Assembly: GCA_964187785.1 (NCBI GenBank)
Contig: OZ076409.1
Location: forward strand, 63,118,001-63,182,000
DNA length: 64,000 nt
Origin: Amphiscolops sp. MND2022
Taxonomy: Eukaryota
Direction: 5' to 3'
How positions within the stretch are numbered: position 1 is the first letter of the stretch; every line of letters starts with the position of its first letter. The position numbers and the translations under genes are program-made. The notes below the pieces were generated by a model. It was not told the origin of the DNA. It worked only from the letters and a program-made list of their open reading frames with translations, and made no database searches. Shown here piece by piece: positions 38,372-50,537 of the stretch.

Positions 38372-39388
38372 TTTAATTGGTTTCCCTTGAAAAATTGGGT
38401 AAACTGTATTGACCTGTGCCTCACAGTTGGTGAATCATATGCCATAAAATATCGTCAACTTAATTTGGACTGCGAGAAATGTTGAATCATGTATGGACTA
38501 TTTCACTAGAACTGATATCAAACCATTCTAATGTATTCAAAAACTACCTTACGTATTACATAGAGCTTGGGGAAAAATCCATCTTCCCAATTTTCAAATC
38601 GAGTATGTTAGAGGAAAAACCTTAAATGAAGCTTTTTGTCAATCAAAATATAAAAAAGTGCGGTTCACTTTTAAAGGCTTGTCCGATTTTAGGATTCAGG
38701 GCAAATGTTTTCTCTGGTCGTCGAATTCTTTCTTAATTGTCTCTTCTTATCACCCTGCAACGTTTTAGGGGATGATTTGAAGACAAAGGGCGCAGCTTAG
38801 CTTTTTGTAGATATTCAGTAGACAACAAAAAAGTTTCCGTATTCCGCTTTCGCTGATTGTTATTCTCTCCGAAAAGCACTTTAGCAAAGTGCTCTACTAG
38901 AGATTTTGCGAGCTTAAACATTTTCAAGACGCTTAAAATGATAATTTTAAGCAAGTGTTTCTTTTGGATTTATGACGCAACTAAGGCGATTTGGAATAAA
39001 CAAACTACAATAGTAAATTGCGTGCAAATTTCAGTCACATAAGTGTTTTCCATTACAAAAAAAAAGATGTGAATAGCAATTGAACAACAAAATTAACGTA
39101 GTTTTAATGAGAATTCATCAAAAATTACAACATATGTGAAACTTCAAAACATCAACTTGCTCTAAAATACTTCGTTGAGTGAATCGAAATCAAGTCACTG
39201 TCAAATCAACAGACTCTAAATGAAAGAATTATTCAACTATGGCAAAATTTAGGACTTCTATAACTTCTAGCCGAACAAGTTTGATAAAATCAGTCCCGAT
39301 TACATTCAGCTATCCTAAATTTATATTATATGACATGTCTCATATGTGTTATACTTGTTCGCTTTCGATGTCGCTGATTTAAAAAAAT

Positions 39389-40121
39389 GGGAGGCGGAAA
39401 TTTCGTCGCCAGAAATTTCGTCGTCAGAAATTTCGTCGTAAGAAATTTCGTCGTATTAGCAAATCCAGAAATTTCGTCGTCAGAAAATTCGTCGTCAGAA
39501 ATTTCGTCGTATTGATTAGAATAACAGCGTTCACCAAAAGATATCATTTGAATTATACAATTACTTAATTATAAAAATGAGATCTTAAAAACAAGTTTCA
39601 TTTTGACACCAAAATTGAGTCAAAAAGTTAATTGCATTCAATCAACTCATCAAGACGCTTATTAAGCAATGGTATATTTTCAGTCCTACCGGTGGAACTA
39701 CTTACAGGGGCTTCACAATACAATTCAAGCTTGCTCCAGGGGGAATTTTTGCTTTTTTGTCAGAAAATTATCAAAAACTCCTTTGGTAATGGAAATTTTT
39801 GCTTTAAGTGTCGAAACAACTTCGTGTTGGGGGGATAAGAAACAAGGTGTATATGGGGAGTTATTATGTCCGAAACTTTTTCAAAACCATAGCAAAAAGT
39901 AGTCAATGATAGTAATTATTGCACAATTATCGATAATTATTAAGACTCAATAATAAGACGATTCCTAATAGAATAAAGAAAATGCGATGTTTTATAGAAC
40001 GTAATCACCGACGACGAAATTTCCGACGACGAAATTTCTGACGACGAAATTTCCGACGACGAAATTTCTTGCGACGAAACTTCTGACGACGAAATTTCCG
40101 ACGACGAAATTTCTGGTAATC
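39389..40121. mobile_element. Foldback/MITE-like element with inverted arrays of a 15-bp unit
   Basis: (AGAAATTTCGTCGTC)n at ~39396-39511 and its reverse complement at ~40008-40115; flanked by the 8-bp direct repeat AAAAAAAT (39381-39388, 40122-40129). Confidence 0.8.
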
Positions 40122-40179
40122 AAAAAAATATATAAAATCTTACAACAGCAAGTTTCTTTTTGTCAAGTTTTCCGTTTTT

Positions 40180-41510
40180 TAGTTAGCGCTTTTTGTGTAA
40201 ACAAAAAATGCACGACTCGTACAGTGATTCTCTTTTTTCTCCAGACCACAGAACTCACACTGAAAGGTCCACTTTCTACAGAACTTCTCTAGACCTTCCT
40301 ACTTTACTAGCGAGCAATCTCTGGTGCTTCCAAAGGGTACCACCGTTGGTTACCATAGTTTAAAAAGCTTTTGTTGTTACTATACAGACAACTCGGAAAG
40401 TTTTATTGGTTATTTTGATTTTCTGCAACTAACTGGATGATAAAAACCCAAAGGCTCCCCTCTTTTGTGTTTTTCGGCACCGTGCAATTTTTTTTCGGAA
40501 TCCTGTGGAATTGATGAGTTTCCTCAATGATTGTGGAAAAGACCTACGGTTTTTTCGACGCTGTGCAACTTTTTCTCTGTTTTGTTTGCATTTGGTCAAA
40601 GGGTACCTTTTTCATTTTTATAAATGTTCGTGGCCTGAAAAAGCGTTTGGCGAGCCTGAAAATCCTTGTTCGGCTCTATGAGACTTTTGCCCGAAAAAAA
40701 TTTTCAGCTTTTTGATGTTTCAAGGTTGGGAAAAGTGGTTTTCGAGTCGTATGCGTATCCCTTCAGGTATTTTTGGCACGGTAAAATTGACGAAAATTTA
40801 ACAATAGTGTCTTTTTTGCATATTTGAAAAACATTTAATTTCCTGAGCCTTAGCGGGCGCCGACTTGGGCCGTTCCCGGCTTGTTCTCTTCTGTACCTCT
40901 GATCCGATTACTTTTACGTAGAATAGATGGACCAAATCTCCGTGCTTTGAATGAATGAAACTTTTGAGAAAAACAGTTTTAATTGGTTTTAAACGCATAA
41001 AAACGTATTTTTGTGCATTATGCACTTTTAACATAAGTACTTAGCTTCATTTTGAACGCATCCAAAGCCTCTAAAAAACCATTCTTATACAGAAGGGTCC
41101 CCCTTTCCCCCTTTCGGCGCTATGAGATTTCCTCGCACCTTTTTTGGCTTTGTGAGACTTTTTGAAAAATTTTTAATGTCTCCAAAGGGTCACCCTTCAA
41201 TTTGTTGTTTATTCTGCAACTGAAGGGATGTTGTAAACCCCCTTTACATTTTTCGGCACTATGAGACAGTTCAAAATTCTCATTTTTCGTTTTTTTTTCG
41301 AAATCTTGAAATCTTTTCAATGTCTCCAAAGGGTCCCCTTCAATTTGTTGATATTTTCCAACAAACTAAATTTTCAAAAACCCAAAGGGACCCTTTCACA
41401 ATTTTGAAAACTTTGCGACTTTTGAACCTTAGATATAGTACCGACTTTAGACGTTCCTGTCTTGTTTAATCTTGAGCGGGGCATCGGCTTGGACTGTTCC
41501 CGGCTTGATC
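40180..41510 (-). repeat. Cluster of HINE-like family copies
   Basis: Family termini at ~40845-40885, ~41425-41466 and ~41475-41508; multiple aagggtcccc motifs; similarity of 40187-40262 to 11170-11250. Confidence 0.6.
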
Positions 41511-41799
41511 CGCCAGACAACAGACCTTACATAAACTGATTGGCTACAAACTTAGCTTAAGATCTTGAAAAACCCAAGGGTCCCTCGCCTTTTGATTAGT
41601 TTACATTTCCGTTTGAATTACTAAATTGCATGGCACTTAAGGGCTCCCTCTTTGCTTCGAAGCATCTCAAAGTGCTTCTAAAGAACGCTTCCGTGAATCA
41701 AGTAATCGAATGACCTTGCTCTATTCAGCATAAACCGGTTGTCGACTTAGGCTGTTCCCGACTAGTTTCTCCTTCCATCGAAATTGGTTTTGGTTTCAG

Positions 41800-41956
41800 T
41801 GTCGGTGCAAGCGTGGCTTTTATGGTGCCAAGTGTGAACTGCATGACCCCTGTTTGACCCGCAGTTGTTACAACGGTGGCAACTGCGTGGAGTTGAGACG
41901 CTCTTCCCACCAACAGGCCCCTACAACCACTTGCCACTGCCAACCAGGATACAAAG
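41800..41956 (+). CDS. Exon of multi-EGF-repeat protein (after 33-kb intron; missed by ORF track)
   Basis: ggtttcag acceptor, phase 0. Translation CRCKRGFYGAKCELHDPCLTRSCYNGGNC...TCHCQPGYKG supplies the 3 Cys missing from the EGF repeat begun in the previous exon. GTCAGT donor at 41957. Confidence 0.87.
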
Positions 41957-43989
41957 GTCAGTACAATGATCTCGACAAGGTCATGACCTCGAGGTTAAAA
42001 GGTCATGCTAAGCTCAGAAAACCACCCCTTTAGCAATAAATTTCCTAGCTCGATTGCAAAACTGCAATTCTTCCTGCAAAACTAGAATTTGAGCTTGGAA
42101 ACCCAAAACTTTGTTAATAAAAAATGATATCCTCTATCAGCTTAGAATATTTTTGTCTCGGCAATTAACATTTTTAATTTTTCATTCTGACGTTACATAT
42201 AACATCTTCTACACTCTCCCTTTTTAAATATGCTAGAGGAGAGTTGTGCTGAAAATACAGCCGTGTACTTAAATCCACAAACTTCTACTTTGAGATTCTT
42301 ACAAAGTTCAAATTGATATGACTCCTCCGAACCAGTATATACTTCAATGTTGCTTTAATTGAATCGTAGATATATCAAACATTATTGCACTCAAAAATCA
42401 ATTGTTTTTTGCCGCCACCCTTCGATACTGAATTCTTGGGGAAATTGTCTATTTAAAGGCGTACTTTTTTAAAATTACAGCAAGCTTAGCGTTTTGCGTT
42501 GGAAATTCAGTCTTTTCCATTTTCTTACAAAAATTCCATAAATTTTAAAAACTGTGCAGGATTAGTTACCTTGATCTTTGTTTATTCAGACGGTACTCTG
42601 TTTGAAACGGCCGGAGACCCCCAGACGCGAGAAGCCAAACACTGAGAAGTTCCGTTGATTGTATTTGCATAAAACAACATAGCGAACTGAATGACACTGA
42701 CATCAACATGATTAGCTATATTTGCATCATTATCGAATTTTTAGTCAACATTTTTGGGCGGGGTTGTTTGGATTTCAATAAAGGGCGGACCTCCTAGCGT
42801 TCAATTTAATAAGTCTCAGCGGTTCTAAGCTGCTTAGAAAGCTAACAAAACATTTCAGCCTTGAAGCGATTGCTTTAGGACGAACTTGTATTTCAACTAT
42901 CGATTTTTAGCACGACGTGGTTGGACGGACCTACATGGCGGTGTACACGAGTGATTTGGTGAAATGTTTTGTTAAACAAGGAATTAAAAAGTCGTTTCTT
43001 GATGGAAATGGAAACAGATATTTTGAACTTTTATTTTGAACCATACGGGGAACATAAATTCCGTAACAAATAGTCTTTACTGTTACAGTCGTTTGTGAAG
43101 ATGAAATTCCTTTGCGAAGATGAAATTACTTTTTGTTTTCTGTTGGTAGAATGCCATAAACCTTCAGTTTCAGTCTCGAGCAAAGCGAGATGCCTTATTG
43201 CTGGCTTTCGATTTCAATTTTTGAACCATTTCCATTTGTTTTCAATTTCGCGGCATTCGTGATACCTAGTCAAAAGTTTTTCTGTAAACCCAACAAATAC
43301 CTCTAAAAATGCGGTTTGGTTTTTTCGTAAAAAGTTCGACAGAATACTTCAGAAATTGAAATTTCGAGTCATTTTTTGGCCTCTTGCGGTCCTGTAACAA
43401 CCTCTTCAGGATGAATTTTTATACGTTGCACGTGAACATGCCTCTGTGTTATTGGCCAAAACCAAAGTTGAAAATTTTCAATCATCGAAGTTGAGTGAGA
43501 CAGTCCTGCTGTGTGTGTCTTTTAAGGCCATTTTTCAGGCTGTATCGGATGGAATGAAATTGGTAGCATCTAATAAATTCTCTGCAGTACTTTTAGTGAT
43601 AATTCGAGGAATTTTTCAAAAATGTCTTTTTGGGTTTCAAACTAGTTCTCTCAACTGATCAGTTAAAGGCAAACCGAACCTAGTATTTCGGTCGTTAAGT
43701 TCTGTGAGAAGAACTCAATCTATTGAGTTTAAAAACGTAGTACGACAATCTTCAGAGACAAATGCTTGGAGAAATGAAAACCAGAAACTTACTGAGCACC
43801 ATGTTGTTGTACGTCCTGAATCATTATAGCGGCAGCAATTTTTAAATTTCCAAAAACTTTTTTTGGTTCATTTCATGCATTTTCTTTCCATCAAAGGAAC
43901 ATCAGATGTCTCCCTAAAACATTCAGAAACTATTTCATATTTTTTTCTCGTCCTTTTCAGGAATCTTAAGGCACTTTATATTTAAGGCG

Positions 43990-44485
43990 TTTTTTAGTCG
44001 GCGCTTTTCTTTAGAAAAGAGTCGACTATAGTCATGGCTTTTCGTCAGTGTTTTTTTAAAGACCACCTGAACTGACCAAAATAGTTCTACAAAAGTTCTA
44101 CAAAATATTATTGCACCAAATTGCACCATTTGGCCTAGCGAACTGAACCAAAAAGGTTTTTCCTATTTTCCCGCGTAACATACCATACCGGGCGAGACCA
44201 AAGGGTCCCCCCTCTAGTTTTTTCGGCATTGTGAGATTTTTTCCGGAAAAAAATTTTTCCCCAAAGGGTCCCCCCTTCAATTTTTTTGCTGTTTTGCGAC
44301 AGAATGGATGCTGGAAAATCCCAAAGGGTCCCCCTTTCAGTTTTTTTTCGGCACTGTGAGATTTTTTTCCGAAATTTTTTTTTCATAAAAGGGTCCCCAA
44401 CTCACCAACACTTTGACATATTGAAGTCCTTTTGCTATTTTTGAGCCTTAGATATGGCGCCGACTTGGGCCGTTCCCGGCTTGTT
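43990..44485 (-). repeat. HINE-like family copy
   Basis: AGTCGGCGC (~43996) ... GCGCCGACT (~44457), then tgggccgttcccggcttgtt; reverse complement of 4558-5015. Confidence 0.75.
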
Positions 44486-45153
44486 TCACCATGCTGCGAA
44501 CTTAATTTTCCGTCGTAGAATTCTGTGCAAATGTTAAAAGTTTTTCTAAAGTCAACTTGAAGCTGGCACAAAAGCGACTCCATTCTATCACTTTGTCTGT
44601 CGGAGAAAAGTGTAAGAAAATCGAATGCCTCAAATTAATGCTCCTGTTCTGGCAAAATGCTTTCATTGGGTAGAAACTTTTTATTGAGTATATTTCGCTC
44701 TCCGGCTCTCATATGGCTATTGTGTGTATCAGCGTGTTTTTTTCTGGATTAAAATCGAAACCCATTTGGGAACCCATTATAAAATCCACATAAAAAATTC
44801 AGAAAAAATGATCACACGCCATTTTCATACGAGGTTGATATGGTATCATTGATGAAATCGTATGAAATCGCGCTGATTGTGTGTATTCATAAACAGAAAT
44901 GTATCTCTTAGAAACTTATAGAGGTCATACTAAATGCGGCCCGAGTGTAAAACTATCCTGATACCCATCGACCATTTTCTTTTTTTTCATGATGTTTTCA
45001 TTCCTTCTGTCCTTTTTTTGTATGTGGCTACATGTCGGGAATCATAATGCGACATGTCTTATGAATTCGGATGTGAGCATATAACTGTTCGACTATCCTG
45101 CCAATATGACAGTTATATTTTTCTCCTTTCTACTCCTTCTGTTTCTTATCCAG

Positions 45154-45377
45154 GTGACGATTGCAGTGTGATGAACCAGGAATGTGTAACGAACGAGTGT
45201 CTCAATGGGGGCACGTGTCTTCAGGCGGTCTCCTCCAACTTCTCCCCGGGCAAGAAAGAGCGCATGGAAGGGGGCGTGTCTCCACTCATCGCCAAAAGTT
45301 ACCTCCCCTCAGACAACTTCATCTGCAAGTGCACCGAGAAGTACAAGGGCAAACGCTGCGAGACACTCAGTGCGTAA
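45154..45377 (+). CDS. Probable terminal exon of multi-EGF-repeat protein
   Basis: Long polypyrimidine tract + CAG; phase 1 matches. Translation GDDCSVMNQECVTNECLNGGTC...FICKCTEKYKGKRCETLSA-stop, with AATAAA at 45457-45462. A GT donor just before the stop cannot be excluded. Confidence 0.82.
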
Positions 45378-46980
45378 CTTACAAAGTATTACGTAATACT
45401 AAAGTGGTCCATTACGGTTCTTTTCTGTTGACCCCCCCCCCCACTTGAAAAACTATAATAAAAAGACTTGAAACTAAATGAGAAACATTCAATTTTAAAT
45501 TTATTCCCATGGTTACAGTTTAGGATCCAAATACGAACTTTGTTGACACTATTTTTCGCCGCACTCTTTAAATACCTCTTTACATGAACTACACCAATGG
45601 CATTTTCTGATATAACGCATAAAACGTGGAAAAATATGACATATGAAACTAGGATATAATGTATTCAGTTATTGCTGGCTTTTACTAATTCCGGGTCAAT
45701 GTACAGAATGCAATCTTAGTATTTTACCGGTTTCACTGAACAAGAAGAGAAAAATATTTGCAAAAATTTTCGGTGTTTCAAGTGGGTCTTTTTAAAAATT
45801 CATTGATATTTTGCGCAACACGGAATTAGAAAGAACCCAGAGAGTCCGCACGATTATTTCGGAACTGCGATTTTTCAACTTTTTCAAACAAAAAAGTGGC
45901 CAGCTTCGAATACTGATATAATGAGTAACAAAATTTTCATCTTAAAGTTCAGTGCTATTAAAGACATTTGCGCTCCTCCGAGACTAAATTTTTCAACATT
46001 ACTGTTTGTTTCTTCGTTGAAGTAGTGGGCTGCCGTTTGCATTCAAGAGGTTCTTTTTGTTTGACAATTTGCTTGCATCTTTCAAGTTGAACATTTTTGT
46101 GCTGCTTCTTTTTCGTTAAATCTTTGATAGTATTCAAACAAAAAATTGATGAAAAAAGAAAAACGAAATCTGAAATTCGTTGTTCTATGGGAAATACTTC
46201 ACCGTTTTGTTGAAAAGATTACAAACCTTTTTGCTAAATACAAATTTTGAATTCATTTTTCATATGGATTGACGCTGTCTTCATTAATTTAAGTCGATTT
46301 GACCGAATTCGCATTTTATTATAATGTCGGCATTCAGAAAAAAATGTGCCTTTTCAAAATGAGTGTAAATATGCATCACACCTATCATGGAAAAAATTCT
46401 CTCTTTTCAAGAAAACTCTGTATGGTTCTAAAGTCCTCTCTGAAAAACTCCTAAGGGAGATTTACTGAGTAAGTGGTTATATAGAAATTACATTTCGAAT
46501 ATTTCTTTTTCTAAAAACTGGAAAATGCTGACAATAGGTAAAAGTGAGCAAATTAATGTTTATCAGAGCACTGCCTCTGTGACGTAGCTTCAATAAGACG
46601 TGCTAATAAAATAATTGGCTATTTAATGAGATTCAAAAAGTTTTTCACAAAAATTCGGTCGAAAAAATCAACGAAAAACAAGTTTTGAATCAAAACATGA
46701 GCAAAAATGAAGCATAGCTTCCCCTGTGGTTTGACAATGCTTTCTATGGTTATAATCTATGCAGCCGATAATGTAAGCATTTAACTAAGTTCATATCAGA
46801 AACCCAATGTAAAAACACTTTTTGTAGAAATTTTTTTGTGCATTATTTTGTGCATTAGTTTGTGCATTATTTTGACGCATAGTCTCTACATACCAACTTG
46901 ACGTTTCTTTGAAATTAACAAAATACGTGTTTTGGAAAAAATTCAACAATGAACATGAAAGAAAATTCGCAACTGTTATA

Positions 46981-48199
46981 CACTATGGTATCAAAAAGCT
47001 ACGTACACCAACTTTTTTAAAAAAACACAGAACAGAGTAAAATTTGAAACAACTGTTGAAACGAATAATAAACCAATATCCCGTCAAACTACCATGGTTT
47101 TTGGTTACCTTCACCAGACGATTCTCATACGATGAGTGTAAGTTGCGAACAACATCAGGGTTATGTTGTTCCACACTTCCATAACCTTTTCTTCTAAATT
47201 CTCCCAAATAACAATCTGACATCGCAAGCTTTTTTCTAGAAATGGCCCAAATATTTTCAATAGGATTCAGGTCAGGACTGTAAGCTGGCCAATCCAGCAC
47301 CTCCCATTGCTTTTGGGCCAGAAAATTGAGAACAACTTCACTTTTGTGTACTGGGGCGTTGTCTTGCTGGAACACAAAATCCGGTATAATCAAATGTCGA
47401 TCGCTTTTTGCGCTTTTTGAGCCTTAGGTTTAGCGCCGACTTTAGATGTTCTCGTCTTGTATCATTGAGAGCACCATCGAAAGCGCTATTAGTTCACTCT
47501 ATGAAAGTGATTGATTTGATATAATTTTTTATTTCGTTTTGGGTTTTTCGGCACATTGAGATTTTTCTCAAATATTTTTTCTTTCAAAAAATTCCAAAAC
47601 TTTTTCCCATTTTTGGTGGAAAATTGACGCTGGATAAAAACCAAGAGGTTTTTTTTAACATTCTCGAGCACCAGCGCTTTCTGATCAGTCTCCGTGTTTT
47701 GTTCAAGTTGAACTTTTTTGCGACTTTTCTAAAAACAATTCCGTACTTCTTCAGGATTCTTCGAATATTACATTTAGAAACTGTCTTTGACGTTGAAAAA
47801 GAGGTTTGCAGTACTCTTACTCGTTCTAATGTTGTTTCTGGGTCTTTTTCCACTCTTCGAACTATTAGTCTTTGCTCTTTTTCGCTGAGCTTTTCTGGCC
47901 GGCCTGGAGGTTTTTTCGCCACATAAGAGTTCGTTCTCAAAAAACGCTGATAAGCTGTTTGAGCTGTCGGTCGAGTTTTAAGACCCAACTTTTCTTTAAT
48001 TTCTTCGTATGATAAACTCATTTCGCGAAGTGTAACGATTTTGCAAACAACGTATGAATCCAAAGGTTTGGCCATTTTCAACAATGTTTAATTCAAGAGT
48101 GATTGATTTCACTTCCGGTTGAGAATGAAAATGAAAAGTTCTTCACAAACTGAATGAGATTTAATTTTCAGCTGTACGTCGCTTTTTGCTACCGTAGTG
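46981..48199 (-). mobile_element. Defective Tc1-family (DD34E) DNA transposon
   Basis: ~29-bp imperfect TIRs (CACTATGGTATCAAAAAGCTACGTACA / CACTACGGTAGCAAAAAGCGACGTACA) with TA on both sides. N-terminal HTH region with GRPEKLS (47584-48084) and C-terminal QQDNAPVH...WPAYSPDLNPIENIW with 34 residues between D and E. The middle is replaced by unrelated repeat sequence. Confidence 0.92.
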
Positions 48200-48381
48200 T
48201 ATTATGTGGAAACAATACAGTTCTTAGGTTTTTCTTTTTGATGGGAATTCCGAACAGAAATTGACGTTGTTTGAATGGAGGTATTATTCGGATATATCCG
48301 AATGGTACCGAAGAGTATCCGAATGTCAAATTTTAGTTTCTTGCTTTTCTGGTATTGTTTATGAAGACAATTTTTGCTACG

Positions 48382-50537
48382 TCAGAATTCTGACAGACGT
48401 TTTCCATGAAAATACGCTTTTAAAATTTCCAATACGCCATGATGGAACTATTAATGCATATATCCATGAACTAATCCTTTAAATTGTACAGGCAATTAAT
48501 TTAGTTGACCTTTTCCGATACTTTTTCTTTGACAAACCGTCAAGTCCGGAAAATGTTCAATTTTTCGTGAAGTTCTATTGTGACAGTTTATGACAAAGAC
48601 CGCAATGCCACTTGTTGGACAGTCATTCCGTACCCTATTTTTCCAGTCATGAATTTTCATCTAGGGTTCATGCATCCATCTCAGGAACGTGCATTCCTTA
48701 TTAACAAGTCTCGCATCAGCTATTGGCCCTGTATTGGCAATTTATTTAATGTTGCTTCGGAGAAAATTCATCCAAAACCCATGGATGTTCTTGGATATAC
48801 ACTCATGACTCATACATGTTCCTGAAATGAATGCATGAGCTCTAGATGGAAAGTCATGACTGGGAAGAACAGGGTACTGAATGCATGTCCAATAAGTCAC
48901 GCAGTGGCACTGTGGTCTTTGTCATAAACTGTCACAAAACTTCACGAAAATTGAACATTTTCCATGCTTAACGGTTTGTCAACCCAGGTTGACCAAACAT
49001 ACTCACCATACTATGATCATAGTATGATCATACTACGATCATGGTCATTTCATGATCATGATCTTGCCAAGATCTTACAATGGCGACCATGTTTCATAGT
49101 ATGATCATACTATGACCATCATGTTTCATACCATGTTTCAAGAGAAAAAATGTAGTAAGAATGTCGGACATGGCAGCTACCTGTGCACATTGTTCACAGA
49201 AATTGCTTGCCGAAGTCCTTATGCTGTATTTTTAGGGAGGCTCTCAGCTCGTGAGATACATAGTATCACACTTGACGAGACCCACGACGAGAACGTGGCC
49301 TCCTTCGGGTCTCAAAACTGGAAAAGTATAAAACCAAAACTGTTTGAAAACAATTCAGATCTGTATTTAGATACACTATACCATAATAACACTAGACCAT
49401 AAGAACACTATAATGATACACTAGACCAAAATATCTAGTCATCGAAAACTCTGTGAAGACAGCGAATAGTATCTAAATTATGCATAATTTTGTCTTTAAA
49501 TCGAGAACAATATGTGAAACTTGGGCAAAATAGCTGCTAAATTTTGGAAATCAGCTATTGAAAAAGGAATCAGATCTAAAATCTGAGTCAATTTGATCTA
49601 AAAACGAAAACTAAGACAACGAAGGGTAACTAAATTATGCATAATTTGCGCCTCTATATTGAGAATATCTAAAATTTTGGCAAAATTGCTGCAAAATTAT
49701 GGAACTCAGCAACTGAAATAGGAATCAGATGTGCACAGGTAGCTGCCATGTCCGACATTCTTACTACATTTTTTCTCTTGAAACATGGTTTTCATACTAT
49801 GTTCATGATATGAAACATGATGGTCATAGTATGATCATACTATGAAACATGGTCGCCATGGTAAGATCTTGGCAAGATCATGATCATAGTATGATCATAC
49901 TATGATCATAGTATGGTGAGTATGTTTGGTCAACCTGGGTTGACAAACCGTTAAGCATGGAAAATGTTCAATTTTCGTGAAGTTTTGTGACAGTTTATGA
50001 CAAAGACCACAGTGCCACTGCGTGACTTATTGGACATGCATTCAGTACCCTGTTCTTCCCAGTCATGACTTTCCATCTAGAGCTCATGCATTCATTTCAG
50101 GAACATGTATGAGTCATGAGTGTATATCCAAGAACATCCATGGGTTTTGGATGAATTTTCTCCAAGTCAACATTAAATAAATTGCCAATAAAGGCCAATA
50201 GCTGATGCGAGACTTGTTAATAAGGAATGCATGTTCCTGAGATGGATGCATGAACCCTAGATGAAAATTCATGACTGGAAAAACAGGGTACGGAATGGCT
50301 GTCCAACAAGACGCGCAGTGGCATTGCGGTCTTTGTCACAAACGGTCACAATAGAACTTCACGAAAAATTGAACGTTTTCCGGACTTGACGGTTTGTCAA
50401 AGAAAAAGTATGGGAAAAGTTCAAATAATTAAATGCCCGTACAGTTTTGAAGATTACTTCATGCATATATACATTTATGTTTTCAGCATGACAAATTTAA
50501 AAGCGTATTCTCATGGAAAACGTCTGTCACATTTCAA
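48382..50537. repeat. Large inverted repeat (~800-bp arms, ~540-bp spacer) containing nested palindromes
   Basis: 48382-49188 is the reverse complement of 49729-50537. Each arm contains a ~450-bp imperfect palindrome (e.g. 48529-48980) and CATACTATGATCATAGTATG palindromes. Confidence 0.85.

Noticed and set aside
39396..40115. CRISPR-like array
   Set aside because: 15-bp units are head-to-tail without unique spacers, occur as an inverted pair, and lie in eukaryotic context with no cas genes.
3813..45377. Naming the EGF gene Notch, Delta or Crumbs
   Set aside because: Only EGF repeats are visible, with no diagnostic domains.
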